Below are positions 38,757-49,464 of a DNA stretch of 64,000 bases, in pieces. The stretch is from Candidatus Poribacteria bacterium (GTDB lineage Bacteria > Poribacteria > WGA-4E > WGA-3G). The stretch is taken from the NCBI GenBank assembly GCA_965214095.1, contig OZ243938.1, forward strand, positions 544,001-608,000. The letters run 5' to 3'. The stretch's first letter is position 1. Each line of letters starts with the position of its first letter. The notes below the pieces were generated by a model. It made no database searches, was not told where the DNA came from, and saw only the letters and a program-made list of their open reading frames with translations. The position numbers and the translations under genes were made by a program.

Positions 38757-40145
38757 ATGAATAATAAACGAGGTGATTTAACTCAAGGAAGTCTATTCAA
38801 ACATCTAATTCATCTTGCAGTCCCTTTAACATGTGGGTATATTCTACAGGATGCATTCAATATCGTTGACATGATTTTCGTAGGAAGATTGGGATCCGCA
38901 GCGATTGCAGCTGTAGGAGTAAGTGGGAATTTGCTCAGGTTAATTGGAGTTTTCTCACTCGGAATCTCAACTGGAGCCGGGATTATGGTAGCTCAATATC
39001 TCGGGGCAAGAAATCACGCACAAGCAGGACACTTAGCGATGCAGGCTATATTACTCGCTATTTTCTTTGCAATCGGTATCGGTATTGTTGGTTATCCTTT
39101 AGCTGAAATCGGTCTAAGAACTGTCCGTATAACTGATCCAGATGTGATAAAACTGGGCACAACCTATATCCAGATTATACTTGTCGGTATAAGCACGATG
39201 TTTTTATCAATGACACTCGGTTCTATCTTCCGAGCAGGTGGAGATGCCGTTACGCCAATGGTAGTGTTGGTGTTTGCTACGATAATTAACATCGGACTTG
39301 ACCCTATGCTGATTTTTGGGTTGTGGATTTTTCCCAAACTCGGTGTTGCGGGGTCTGCATTAGCAACCCTCATCGGAAGAGGAATCGGTGTAATCATTCT
39401 GCTTATTCTATGTTTCAGTGGAAAGGCACCAATCTCCTTAAAAAACGTGCCGTTCCGGGCAGATATTGTTGAAATGCTTGACATTTTAAGGTTAGGAATA
39501 TATAGTTCTATGCAAGGATTCTGGAGACATCTGTCTCGACTTGGATTCCTCTGGGTCATTGGACCTTATGGAAAAGTTGCTGTCGCTGCATATACGCTTT
39601 GCATGCGGCTACGGATTTTAGTGATGAACCCCGGTTTTGGTATAGCAAATGCTGTAGCACCTTTGGTAGGACAGAACATGGGAGCAGAACAGATTGACCG
39701 TGCTGAAAATTCTGCTAAAGTAGGAAATATTGTAGGCACTACGGTTATGTCAAGTATTGGCATTCTGTTTCTTGTATTTCCACAAATATTTATTCGTATT
39801 TTCACCGATGATGTAGAAGTAATTCAAATTGGAAAAGTCTACCTACAGTTTCTTTCACTAACATTCGGTTTCATTGCATTCTCATTAGTATTAGGAAAAG
39901 CCCTTAACGGTGCAGGGGACACTCTCTCACCAATGATAATCACCCTCGCAGCACAGATGGGTGTTGGATTGTGTCTTGTAATCATTTTATCACATTTCAT
40001 CGATCTGAAAGGTGTTTGGATTGGCATTGCTCTGTCAAATGTCGTACAAGGTGCAGCAATGTGGATTTGGTATAGAACTGGTAAATGGAAAAAAATAAAG
40101 ATTATTAAAAATGGTAGAGTTAATTCTCCCAGAAAGGTAGTATGA
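38757..40145 (+). CDS. MATE efflux transporter
   Basis: About 12 TM; DMIFVGRLG, RAGGDA and GVAGSALAT motifs. Confidence 0.92.
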   Translation: MNNKRGDLTQGSLFKHLIHLAVPLTCGYILQDAFNIVDMIFVGRLGSAAIAAVGVSGNLLRLIGVFSLGISTGAGIMVAQYLGARNHAQAGHLAMQAILLAIFFAIGIGIVGYPLAEIGLRTVRITDPDVIKLGTTYIQIILVGISTMFLSMTLGSIFRAGGDAVTPMVVLVFATIINIGLDPMLIFGLWIFPKLGVAGSALATLIGRGIGVIILLILCFSGKAPISLKNVPFRADIVEMLDILRLGIYSSMQGFWRHLSRLGFLWVIGPYGKVAVAAYTLCMRLRILVMNPGFGIANAVAPLVGQNMGAEQIDRAENSAKVGNIVGTTVMSSIGILFLVFPQIFIRIFTDDVEVIQIGKVYLQFLSLTFGFIAFSLVLGKALNGAGDTLSPMIITLAAQMGVGLCLVIILSHFIDLKGVWIGIALSNVVQGAAMWIWYRTGKWKKIKIIKNGRVNSPRKVV

Positions 40146-40148
40146 AAA

Positions 40149-40982
40149 ATGGCATATAAAGGTTATATTAATCCTCATCTGGTCATATCAACAGAGGAAC
40201 TAAAAAGCAATCTTGATGACGACTCCTTATGTATTGTTGATACACGTCCAACGCATGAATACATACAGGGACATATCCCAGGGGCACTTCATCTGGATCT
40301 GTTTGGATTAAGCCTCATCAATACGCAGAAAGAAAATATGGATACATTCATGTGGATGATCGCATACTTATTCCAGCAACGTGGTCTTGATCCAGCAAAA
40401 ACTATAATCTGGTATGAAAACATCACAGGAACAAAAGCATCTCGTGGTTTATGGTTCTGTGAGTATTTAGGACATACAAATACTCGGGTATTGGATGGCG
40501 GCTATAATGCTTGGTTAGCAGCAGATGGTCCGGTCAGCACAGAAGGTGTTGAACCCCCTGAAATGCCACAATTCCCAATAGATGCAAAGCATGTTACACA
40601 CATGGACGCTGATAGCATACATGACAGGCTAAACCAAGATGATTTCATACCACTCGACACACGCACTGATGACGAACATTTTGGTAGGGTTGCTCGTGCT
40701 GAACGGGCAGGGGCAATACCGGGTTCTATTCATATTGAGTGGGTCAATAACCTTGATGAAAATGGCGCATTCAAACCTGCAGATGAACTACGAGATATGT
40801 ATGTAACAGCAGGAATCACACCAGAAAAACAGGTAATGTGCTACTGACAGGGCGGATACCGTTCTTCCCAAACCTATCTGGCTCTGCGACTTATCGGTTA
40901 TCCGAAGGTCAGCAACTATATTGGGTCTTGGAAAGAATGGGGTGACCGGCTGGATTTGCCGGTCGAAATTCCTGAAGAATAA
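40149..40982 (+). CDS. Two-domain rhodanese/sulfurtransferase, probable selenoprotein (277 aa)
   Basis: GHIPGA. ...VMCY-TGA(40845-40847)-QGGYRSS continues in frame to the canonical C-terminal signature YIGSWKEWG. Confidence 0.88.
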
Positions 40983-40984
40983 TC

Positions 40985-41890
40985 TATAGTAAACTTTAGA
41001 TTTTATGATACATGTTTATAACTTCATCAATGGTTCCATCTGCCTTGTATTCTCTAAGCCGTTTGATATTGGCAAAGTCATGTTCAATCGGATTGTAGTC
41101 AGGTGAATAAGGTGGTAAAAACAATACCTCTGCTCCCGATGCTTCTATCAACTCACGGGTGCGATGTGTCTTGTGTATCTTGGCATTATCAAGAACCACC
41201 ACGTCTGAGACAGACAACTTTGGACATAAATAGGTTTCAAGCCAAGCATTGAAACACGCAGCATCGCAGCTACCATCAAACAAACATGGTGCCGTAAAAG
41301 TTGAATCAATACGCGCAGCGACGAGCGTCGTTGTTCGTGTTCTAGTGCCTGAGATCAAATCTAAAATAGTTTCACCTTCGGAGCATAAGCATGCCGTCTA
41401 TAACTCTCAGCGCGAAAACCGCATTCATCAACATAAACTATCTTTTTCCCAGCGTCGTGTTTCTCGGCGAGTGCCTGAAGGTAGACTTGTCGTTTCTCGT
41501 CGCACCGCTCCTTGTATCCGAGTGTCTTTTTTTTCGCGTGATACCGAGTTTTCGCAGTCCATAACCGATACAAAACTCTGAAACACCGAAGTGTGCAGCA
41601 CGCTCTTTTTGTGTCAAGTCTGGGAAATCAGCGACATGTTTCCTGAGTGCCTCCTCATCAATCACTCTCATTTTTTTGGGTCCCGTTTTTCTAATGGCAA
41701 ACGGGTCGTCAGATGCTAACCATCTATCAATAGTTGAGCGTGCAACGGAAAACAGACGGGAAGCTTCAGATTTTTTCCCGCCAGCTTCAACAAAATCTAA
41801 AATGCGTTTTCGTAAATCTGGTGAATGTGCCATGGGAACATATTCTAACAAAAAACAAAAAATGTATCAATAATTCTAAATGTCACTATA
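40985..41890 (-). mobile_element. IS630-family insertion sequence, transposase inactivated
   Basis: Imperfect ~29-bp TIRs TATAGT...ACTATA with TA ends. HTH orfA starts at 41833, A8 slippery site at 41527-41534. DDE motifs VDECG, LDNA and SPDYNPIE. Confidence 0.92.
40996..41833 (-). pseudogene. IS630 transposase with an additional 1-nt frameshift near 41378
   Basis: YAPK should continue GETILDLISG but shifts frame and stops at 41361. Confidence 0.75.
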
Positions 41891-42622
41891 AATTATCTCA
41901 GCAAGACTTTGACATATTTCAGCAACTGATGCTGGACATTCGTGTGGCAAGTAATGTCCAGCATTCTGCAACCACACTATCTGAATATTTGCGTTAGGTG
42001 GGATACGCAATTTTTGCTCAGTGAGTTCATTCCTTCCCATCTCACCGAATACTTCATAAATAGGTAGTGATGCATTTTCAAGATAACTATAGCCATCAAA
42101 TTCTCTGACAGTTGTCCAGAATCTGTTCCACACATCAGTTTCAAACATGCTACGAGTCTCTTCCAATTTATGTTGTATATCAGTAATCTGATCTTCCGAA
42201 AGCGAACCGTAAAATCTTCCTGTGTCAAACGCACTTCCCGCGGATGAAAGACTTGTCCATCCTTCAAGTAAAACAAGTCCCGAAACCTGCGGACATCGTT
42301 GAGCAACTGAAATTGCAACCATACCGCCAAGGCTATGTCCTACAAGGACAACTCTTTGAGGGTTAATTGTGTCTATGAGGTGAATAATATCAACTGCAAG
42401 GTCATCTAATGTAAACGGTTCGGAGGGTACACTGCTTTTTCCATGTCCACGAAAATCAAGTGTTACGAATCTTTGAGTCAATGGCAATCTATCAATCACC
42501 GACATCCAATCTACCGAGTCACAACCCGTACCATGCAAGAACAGAAGAGTACATCCAGTTCCACCAGAATCAGCATAAACCATCTCTCCCCAACTTGTTA
42601 GGAGATATTTCCTGTTAGACAT
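41876..42622 (-). CDS. Alpha/beta hydrolase
   Basis: FLHG, DFRGHG, GHSLGG nucleophile elbow and AGH. Confidence 0.9.
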   Translation of the reverse strand: MSNRKYLLTSWGEMVYADSGGTGCTLLFLHGTGCDSVDWMSVIDRLPLTQRFVTLDFRGHGKSSVPSEPFTLDDLAVDIIHLIDTINPQRVVLVGHSLGGMVAISVAQRCPQVSGLVLLEGWTSLSSAGSAFDTGRFYGSLSEDQITDIQHKLEETRSMFETDVWNRFWTTVREFDGYSYLENASLPIYEVFGEMGRNELTEQKLRIPPNANIQIVWLQNAGHYLPHECPASVAEICQSLAEIIYSDI

Positions 42623-42633
42623 AGTGATGTTAT

Positions 42634-43836
42634 TTAGTGCAGAAATTGTGCATCCACTGCCTCACCTGCAGCCAGAGTCGCACCAGATGGAATAGTAATC
42701 AATCCGTTTGCTAACACAAGGGAATGGAGGATACCTGAACCTTGTGGTCCTGTTGTCTTAGCAGTATACTGTCCATCTTTCTCTGCGAGAATAGACCGCA
42801 TAAAATTAACACGACCATCTTTATTCGTAACATCAGTTTCCAGAACTGCTTTGAAAGTTTGACGTAGTAGATTGGTGTGACCTGCCATTTTCAAAATTGC
42901 CGGACGTACAAAGAGTTCAAATACAACAAGGGATGACACAGGATTTCCGGGTAAACCGAATACAGGCTTACCATCAATTTTACCATAAGCTTGCGGTTTA
43001 CCGGGTTTCATCGCAACACGCCAGAAATTCATCTTACCCAATTTCGTTAGGACATTTTTCACTATATCGTGTTCCCCGACAGAAACACCACCACTTGTGA
43101 TGAGCGCATCTGCTTTTGCTATTGATTCTCGAAAGATGCGTTCAGTCTCTGCTTCATCATCTGGAGCAATCCCCATATCAATTGGGATTCCTCCTGCATT
43201 CTGCACTTGGGCAAAAATACCATACCTGTTGCTATCGCGTATCTTTCCAGGTGCTAATGACTCACCAAGCGGAGTGAGTTCATCGCCTGTTGAGACAATA
43301 GCAACAGTTGGCTTTTTATGAACTGTTACCTCTGCACAATTGAGTGATGCAAGCATTGACACTTCTGGCGGACGAAGCACCTTTCCCGGCGACATAACAC
43401 TATCACCCTGTGAAACACTTTCTCCAGTAAAACGGACATTTTCATTTTCCTCAACACTATCAAAGATTGTAACTTTATCACCGTTGAGTTCGGTCACCTC
43501 TTGCATTACGACTGCATCAGCACCTTCAGGCATCATCGCACCTGTCATAATCCGTGCTGCTTCTCCAGAAGTAACCTGTTGAGATGGCGCATACCCAGCA
43601 GCAATTGTCTCAACAACTGATAACACAATTGGATTGTCTTTGGATGCATTTTGCACATCTGTTGCACGAACTGCAAAACCGTCCATAGCGGAGTTGTCAA
43701 ATGGTGGAATATTCTCTGTAGACTTCAATTCTTCCGCGAGAACATAATTCACACATTCTAATATCCCTCGCTTTTTTGTTGGTAAAACAGGGATCGTCTC
43801 TAACATCTGTTCTCGTGCTTCTTCAACACTTAGCAT
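42634..43836 (-). CDS. moeA: Molybdopterin molybdotransferase
   Basis: PPFDNSAMDG, TGDEL, SGGVSVG, KPGKP and LPGNP motifs. Confidence 0.95.
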   Translation of the reverse strand: MLSVEEAREQMLETIPVLPTKKRGILECVNYVLAEELKSTENIPPFDNSAMDGFAVRATDVQNASKDNPIVLSVVETIAAGYAPSQQVTSGEAARIMTGAMMPEGADAVVMQEVTELNGDKVTIFDSVEENENVRFTGESVSQGDSVMSPGKVLRPPEVSMLASLNCAEVTVHKKPTVAIVSTGDELTPLGESLAPGKIRDSNRYGIFAQVQNAGGIPIDMGIAPDDEAETERIFRESIAKADALITSGGVSVGEHDIVKNVLTKLGKMNFWRVAMKPGKPQAYGKIDGKPVFGLPGNPVSSLVVFELFVRPAILKMAGHTNLLRQTFKAVLETDVTNKDGRVNFMRSILAEKDGQYTAKTTGPQGSGILHSLVLANGLITIPSGATLAAGEAVDAQFLH

Positions 43837-43870
43837 TTAATTTGCTCCAGTTCTTATATGTTATGATGTT

Positions 43871-44365
43871 TCATTCCGCATGCCCAATCAGTAGCACAGC
43901 CGCAGGCAAAGATGTTTCTTTCGTCTTAGCATAAACCCACGCAATACTATCTAAATCATCATCCGTTTCCAACTTTTGATACGGAAGATTCCATGCTTTG
44001 AGAGTCGGTTCAAGGAAGGTAGTAACAGAATCTACCCATTTACCATCTTCATCCCGATTATGATAACCACGGTATCCAATAAAAACAACAATAGGAATTT
44101 GCATATTAGAGACAGTGCCCCGGAATGCATCACCAGATTCAAGAAAACCTGTATTTTGAATAATTATCACAGGTTTCTTACCACCGATATATAAACCAGC
44201 AGCAATTGCAAACGCCTCTCCCTCACGCGTTACCGTAATCACCTCAATCTTTGGGTCTTCGCGCAACAACTCATATATTCGCGCACTGCCGTTATCAGGT
44301 ACACCAATTGCATGAGTAATGTTCTGTTTTTTCAACGCATCTACGATTTTTTGTGCTGATGCCAC
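43871..44365 (-). CDS. TPP-enzyme N-terminal subunit (sulfopyruvate/phosphonopyruvate decarboxylase alpha-like)
   Basis: GVPD, REGEAFAIAAG, QNTG and GYRG motifs. Confidence 0.8.
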   Translation of the reverse strand: MASAQKIVDALKKQNITHAIGVPDNGSARIYELLREDPKIEVITVTREGEAFAIAAGLYIGGKKPVIIIQNTGFLESGDAFRGTVSNMQIPIVVFIGYRGYHNRDEDGKWVDSVTTFLEPTLKAWNLPYQKLETDDDLDSIAWVYAKTKETSLPAAVLLIGHAE

Positions 44366-44386
44366 TTATGCTCCTCATTCATAGAA

Positions 44387-44412
44387 TTGGGTAGGTATAA
44401 ACACCTACCCAA
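44387..44412 (-). terminator. Hairpin downstream of acs
   Basis: 10-bp inverted repeat TTGGGTAGGT / ACCTACCCAA. Confidence 0.5.
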
Positions 44413-44447
44413 ATAAATTTACAATATAATGCACCTATTAACCAGAT

Positions 44448-46391
44448 TTACTGTCTGCCTTCAACTAATGCGTCAACGACTGTTGGATCAGCAAGAGTGG
44501 AGGTATCACCGAGATTAGAGACATCACCTTCTGCAATCTTACGCAGAATACGTCGCATAATCTTACCTGATCGTGTTTTCGGCAATGCAGGTGTAAATTG
44601 AATCTTATCAGGTGTTGCAATAGGACCGATATGTTGTCTTACTGCCTGTTTTATCCCAGTCTCCACATCTTCTGATGCAGATTCTCCTGTCATAAGTGTG
44701 ACATACGCATAGATACCTTGACCTTTGATGTCATGCGGATATCCGACCACAGCCGCCTCAGCAACAGCATCATGCTGTCCAATCGCACCTTCTACCTCCG
44801 CAGTGCCTAATCTATGACCTGAGACATTTAACACATCGTCCACACGACCTGTAATCCAGTAATATCCATCCTCATCACGCAAAACGCCATCACCTGTCAT
44901 ATAGTAGCCGGGAAATCTCCGAAAATAAACATCAAGGAACCGTTCATGATCACCATATACCGTCCGCATAATTCCTGGCCAGGCAGTTTTGATGCAGAGA
45001 TAACCTGTCGCAGGATTACCTTCCACTTCCTTTCCTTCTTCATCTAAAATCACAGGTTCAATTCCGAAGAATGGGTATGTTGCAGAGCCGGGTTTCAGTG
45101 GCGTAGCAGCGGGTAGCGGCGTAATCAAAATACCACCAGTTTCTGTTTGCCACCATGTATCAATAATCGGACAACGTTCTTCACCGACGATATTGTAATA
45201 CCACAACCACTCAGGTTCCTTAATCGGTTCACCCACAGTTCCCAGCAATCTGAGCGTTGACCTGTCATATTTGTCTACCCACGTATCGCCTTCTTTCATC
45301 AAAGCGCGTAAGGCAGTCGGTGCTGTATAAAAGAGATTTATATCATGTTTTTCAACAACTTGCCAAAACCGTCCATAATCAGGATAGTTCGGCACGCCTT
45401 CAAACATTACGGTAATCGCACGATTCGCGAGTGGTCCATATATAATATATGAATGTCCAGTTATCCAACCGATATCTGCCGTACACCAATAGACATCTCC
45501 TTCATGGTAGTCAAATATCTGTTCATGTGTATATGAAGTATAAACCAGATACCCACCCGTCGTATGCAATACACCCTTCGGTTTTCCAGTAGAACCTGAA
45601 GTATAAAGGATGAAAAGTGGATCTTCTGCATCCATTACTTCTGCTTCACATTCAGTACTGGCTGTTTCCATGGCTTCATGCCACCATATATCGCGCTTTT
45701 CATCAAAATCTACTTCGTCCCCCGTGCGTTTCACAACAACCGTTTTTTCAATAGATGGACAATTCACCACAGCGGCATCAGCATTCGCTTTCATCGGAAT
45801 ATCGCTCCGTGCACCTCGCATTGCAGTATCTTGTGTAATCAATAACTTACAAGCGGAATCGTTGATCCGATCTCTTAATGCCTCAGCAGAAAATGCGCCA
45901 AATACAATGGAATGTACAGCACCAATTCTTGCACAGGCCAACATTGCGACTGCTAATTCTGGCACCATTTGTAAATAGATACAGACACGGTCTCCCTTTT
46001 CAATCCCTTGTGCCTTCAAAACGTTGGCAAACTTTTTCACTTCTACAAGGAGTTCATTAAAACTGTAGGTCTTATCTTCAGATGGGTCGTTGCCTTCCCA
46101 GATAATTGCGGTCTCATCACCGTGTCCAGCATCCACATGTCTATCAAGGCAGTTATAACATGCATTGAGTGACCCACCTTCAAACCATTTTATCTCTGCT
46201 TTTACAAAATCGTAATCCCGAACAGTATCCCATTTTTCAAACCACGTCAACCGTTCAGCAATTTTTGCCCAAAATCCCTCTGGGTCTTTAATTGAATCAG
46301 CATAACGTTCCTGGTACACTTCCAAACTATTGACGTGCGCACCACCAATAGGATATGTAGTCTCATTCGGTGGAAATATATTATTAGCCAT
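44448..46391 (-). CDS. acs: Acetyl-CoA synthetase
   Basis: [21 protein letters not shown] and [12 protein letters not shown] motifs. Confidence 0.97.
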   Translation of the reverse strand: MANNIFPPNETTYPIGGAHVNSLEVYQERYADSIKDPEGFWAKIAERLTWFEKWDTVRDYDFVKAEIKWFEGGSLNACYNCLDRHVDAGHGDETAIIWEGNDPSEDKTYSFNELLVEVKKFANVLKAQGIEKGDRVCIYLQMVPELAVAMLACARIGAVHSIVFGAFSAEALRDRINDSACKLLITQDTAMRGARSDIPMKANADAAVVNCPSIEKTVVVKRTGDEVDFDEKRDIWWHEAMETASTECEAEVMDAEDPLFILYTSGSTGKPKGVLHTTGGYLVYTSYTHEQIFDYHEGDVYWCTADIGWITGHSYIIYGPLANRAITVMFEGVPNYPDYGRFWQVVEKHDINLFYTAPTALRALMKEGDTWVDKYDRSTLRLLGTVGEPIKEPEWLWYYNIVGEERCPIIDTWWQTETGGILITPLPAATPLKPGSATYPFFGIEPVILDEEGKEVEGNPATGYLCIKTAWPGIMRTVYGDHERFLDVYFRRFPGYYMTGDGVLRDEDGYYWITGRVDDVLNVSGHRLGTAEVEGAIGQHDAVAEAAVVGYPHDIKGQGIYAYVTLMTGESASEDVETGIKQAVRQHIGPIATPDKIQFTPALPKTRSGKIMRRILRKIAEGDVSNLGDTSTLADPTVVDALVEGRQ

Positions 46392-46460
46392 TTTATATTT
46401 TCATCTCCTCTAAAATCAATCTGCGGTTCTCAAAACGCCTCTACAAGTTGCAACGGACAT

Positions 46461-46489
46461 ATTTTATAGAAAAACAGTGTGGATGTCAA
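46461..46489 (-). promoter_or_regulatory. Sigma70-like promoter for acs
   Basis: Minus strand TTGACA-17 nt-TAAAAT. Confidence 0.6.
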
Positions 46490-46697
46490 CTGCAATTAGA
46501 GGGTATTTGTATCAGAACGTGAGTTTATAATCCCGGGGAATGCCAAAGGGCATTCATACCGTTGATTTCCAAATCTACTAATCCTGAAAATCCTGGTTCA
46601 GACAATAGGAATATATACCGATAATAGATCTAACGTTTGTGAATAATATTGAACAAATATCTTAAAACTAAATAATCTTACCAACAAGAGAATAAAT

Positions 46698-46752
46698 TTG
46701 ACTTTGCAGGTAAGATATACTATAATTATTGTCAACTGAATTGGTTAGGATT
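46698..46752 (+). promoter_or_regulatory. Sigma70 promoter plus candidate Rrf2 operator
   Basis: TTGACT-17 nt-TATAAT, followed by ATTGTCAACTGAATTGGTTAGGATT resembling the IscR type-1/Rrf2 box. Confidence 0.6.
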
Positions 46753-46767
46753 AAAAAGGGGGAGTAG

Positions 46768-47205
46768 ATGCATTTATCAGCAAAGTTAAAATATGCAATA
46801 TGTGCAATGTTAGAACTCGGTCTGCATTATCGAAAAGAATATGTTTCGGTTACAGTGATTGCGGAAACACGAAGTATTCCTAGACCCTTTTTGGAAAAAC
46901 TACTATTACAACTCAAGGAAGCTGGGCTGACAAAAAGCCGTCGGGGTCCTGACGGTGGGTATAGTTTAGCACTAGCTCCTGAAAAAATACGCGTTGGTGA
47001 TATATTTACTGCTGTAGAAGGTCCCGTAAATTTCACTGATGGATTTGAAGCACAAGAATCGTATGAATTAGTTACGTTCTTTGCAGAGATTGAAGAAAAT
47101 GTTCGAGAAGTGTTAAATTCAAAAACACTTCAAGAACTATGTACTCATGCTCGTAAATATAAAAAACTAACACAACCAACCCATTCGCACCCGTTCTTTA
47201 TATGA
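46768..47205 (+). CDS. Rrf2-family regulator (CymR-like, lacks the IscR Cys triad)
   Basis: FLEKLL..LK.AGL..SRRGPDGGY..AVEG. Confidence 0.9.
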   Translation: MHLSAKLKYAICAMLELGLHYRKEYVSVTVIAETRSIPRPFLEKLLLQLKEAGLTKSRRGPDGGYSLALAPEKIRVGDIFTAVEGPVNFTDGFEAQESYELVTFFAEIEENVREVLNSKTLQELCTHARKYKKLTQPTHSHPFFI

Positions 47206-48152
47206 AAATCGCGAAAAACCTGACAAAACTTATCGGGAATACACCTATGGTTCGGTTGAATTCCCTTCCAGTTAAAGATGGCGCGTCTATTTACGCAAAG
47301 TTAGAATCCTATAACCCCGGAGGCAGCATCAAAGATCGTATCAGTTATGGCATGATAGTTGATGCCGAACAACGCGGTATTCTTAAACCTGGTGATACAA
47401 TAGTTGAACCAACAGCAGGAAATACTGGAATCGGCCTGTCTATCGTTGGTGTCGCATGTGGGTATCAAGTCATTCTAACTATGCCAGAATATGTTAGTAG
47501 TGAAAAATATGCACTCCTTTCCGCTTTCGGAGCAGAAATAGTGTTAACGCCAGAACATGGCGGTATGGCAAGTGCCATTTGGGAAGCAGAAGAAATTCTT
47601 CGTCGAAATACTCGACATTATATGCCTAACCAATTTACAAATCCTGCAAACCCCAAAATTCATAGGGAGACAACAGCGGTTGAAATCCTCAATGCTACTG
47701 ACAAATTGATAGATTATTTTGTACTCGGTGTAGGAACAGGTGGCACATTAACCGGTGTAGGTGAAGTGCTAAAAGCACATAATCCAAAGACAAAGATAGT
47801 TGCGGTTGAACCATCTGTTTCATCCGTTCTATCAGGCGGTATGCCCGGTCCAACACGCATTGATGGACTTGGCGCAGGAATGATACCTGAAGTATTGAAT
47901 GTAGATATTATTGATGATGTAATTACTGTTTCAGAAGAAATAGCATATCAGACGATGAAAGAAATATCAAAAAAAGAAGGGTTGTTAGTCGGTATGTCCT
48001 CTGGAGCAAATGTATATGCGTCATTGCAGATTGCAAAAACTTTGGGACCTGACAAGACTGTAGTTACTATACTCCCTGATACTGGTGAAAGGTATTTTAG
48101 CTTAAGCCGATATTTTGAACTTGAAACCGATATAATGGAAACTCTATCATAG
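47202..48152 (+). CDS. cysK: Cysteine synthase A
   Basis: NPGGSIKDR, GNTG, GTGGT and PDTGERY motifs. Confidence 0.95.
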   Translation: MKIAKNLTKLIGNTPMVRLNSLPVKDGASIYAKLESYNPGGSIKDRISYGMIVDAEQRGILKPGDTIVEPTAGNTGIGLSIVGVACGYQVILTMPEYVSSEKYALLSAFGAEIVLTPEHGGMASAIWEAEEILRRNTRHYMPNQFTNPANPKIHRETTAVEILNATDKLIDYFVLGVGTGGTLTGVGEVLKAHNPKTKIVAVEPSVSSVLSGGMPGPTRIDGLGAGMIPEVLNVDIIDDVITVSEEIAYQTMKEISKKEGLLVGMSSGANVYASLQIAKTLGPDKTVVTILPDTGERYFSLSRYFELETDIMETLS

Positions 48153-48178
48153 TAGATATAGGTAGGTAAACAAACGAA

Positions 48179-48937
48179 ATGACATTTCAGATTCAGAATG
48201 CTTCAATGGTAGAATTGAAGAAACAGGTAAATCTAATTGAGAATCCTCAAGATGTTCTTTTTACCATATTTAAGCAGTTCAGTCATCGTGCAGCAATTGT
48301 TACAAGTGGTCAGTTGACCGGTATGGTTCAAATACATCTTGCAGCAGAAAATAATATACCATTCCGCGTCTGCACTATTGACACATTAAGACTGTTTCCA
48401 GAGACCTATACTTTCTTTGAGAAAGTTGAAGCACGCTACGGGGTTGACATAGAACGGATCAAACCTGATAATTCTGAAGTAGAAAAAATGGTTTCAGAAC
48501 ACGGTGAATTCCTGTTCTTTGATAGCAGAGCAAAGCAGAAATTTTGTTGTGAAATCCGTAAGATAAACCCCATGCAACGTTTGTTAGAATCATTAGACAT
48601 TTGGATAACCGGCACGCGTCATGATCAATCTGAAGATAGACAAAAGTTCAAAAAAGTAGAAACAATATCTTCAGCTTCACACCCTATTCTTAAAGTAAGT
48701 CCATTAATTGATTGGACGACTGAACAGGTATGGAAATTTGTTATAGAAAACGAAGTTCCTATAAACCCGCTTTTTCTACCAGATTCCAACGGCCATTACT
48801 TCGAATCACTCGGTTGTATGACATGCACAACGCGTATCCGACCAGGAGAACCAAAACGCGCAGGCAGATGGCGTTGGCAAAACAAAATGGAAACTGAAGA
48901 TAATAACAAAGAGTGTGGGTTACACTACGCAATATGA
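48179..48937 (+). CDS. cysH: Adenylyl-sulfate (APS)/PAPS reductase
   Basis: CC...CxxC Fe-S motifs (FCCEIRK, SLGCMTCT), RAGRW and ECGLH. Confidence 0.9.
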   Translation: MTFQIQNASMVELKKQVNLIENPQDVLFTIFKQFSHRAAIVTSGQLTGMVQIHLAAENNIPFRVCTIDTLRLFPETYTFFEKVEARYGVDIERIKPDNSEVEKMVSEHGEFLFFDSRAKQKFCCEIRKINPMQRLLESLDIWITGTRHDQSEDRQKFKKVETISSASHPILKVSPLIDWTTEQVWKFVIENEVPINPLFLPDSNGHYFESLGCMTCTTRIRPGEPKRAGRWRWQNKMETEDNNKECGLHYAI

Positions 48938-49026
48938 TTGATGTACATTGGTGGATCCAAACTACCACTAATAAGAAATAGAAAATAGATACGGTGTCTG
49001 TAGACTGACACGAAAAAGGAGGAAAT

Positions 49027-49302
49027 ATGGCAGTAACAGTACGAATACCGACCCCGTTGAGACGCTTGACACAGAATCTCGCGGAGGTTGAAGCAGAAGG
49101 TGCTGATATTCAAACCATCATAGATAATTTGGAAACAGAGTACCCTGGAATGAAGGAACGGATCTGTGATGATGGCGGCAACATACGTCGATTTGTAAAT
49201 ATCTATCTCAATGACGAAGATATTCGATTCCTTGATGGAAAAGAAACGCCTGTTACAGATGGTGCTGAAATATCAATAATTCCCGCCATTGCTGGTGGCT
49301 AA
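49027..49302 (+). CDS. MoaD/ThiS/CysO ubiquitin-like sulfur carrier
   Basis: RIPTPLR, RRFVNIY and C-terminal IAGG. Confidence 0.92.
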   Translation: MAVTVRIPTPLRRLTQNLAEVEAEGADIQTIIDNLETEYPGMKERICDDGGNIRRFVNIYLNDEDIRFLDGKETPVTDGAEISIIPAIAGG

Positions 49303-49325
49303 ATCATTTCATAACAACACATGTG

Positions 49326-49464
49326 ATAATGCTGTGTCTATTTTGAATCGTATGTTTTGGTGATGTTCATAAGTTGGAATTACTACTTACAATACTCAAT
49401 ACCTCTGTAGGAGTAATCTCCGAATTAAGACCATAATTCACCTATATTGGTGACACAGCATTAT
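49326..49464. mobile_element. MITE-like element with degenerate GTAG REP
   Basis: Perfect 13-bp TIR ATAATGCTGTGTC / GACACAGCATTAT. Confidence 0.55.

Noticed and set aside
40143-40151. TGA readthrough fusing MATE to rhodanese (TGA AAA ATG in frame)
   Set aside because: The MATE protein is complete, the TGA is not in a Cys-type motif, and I see no hairpin after it.
46500-46620. Possible riboswitch or ncRNA upstream of the cys operon
   Set aside because: Only a short hairpin (GAATGCC-AAAG-GGCATTC) and an AATCCTG repeat are visible. No SAM or other aptamer consensus is recognisable, and it lies upstream of the promoter.
48935-48937. Other TGA stops as Sec codons (cysH, gmhA, 8279, 25847, 43871, 54477)
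   Set aside because: The proteins are complete at the stop and downstream frames are short or not protein-like. This also argues against genome-wide TGA reassignment.
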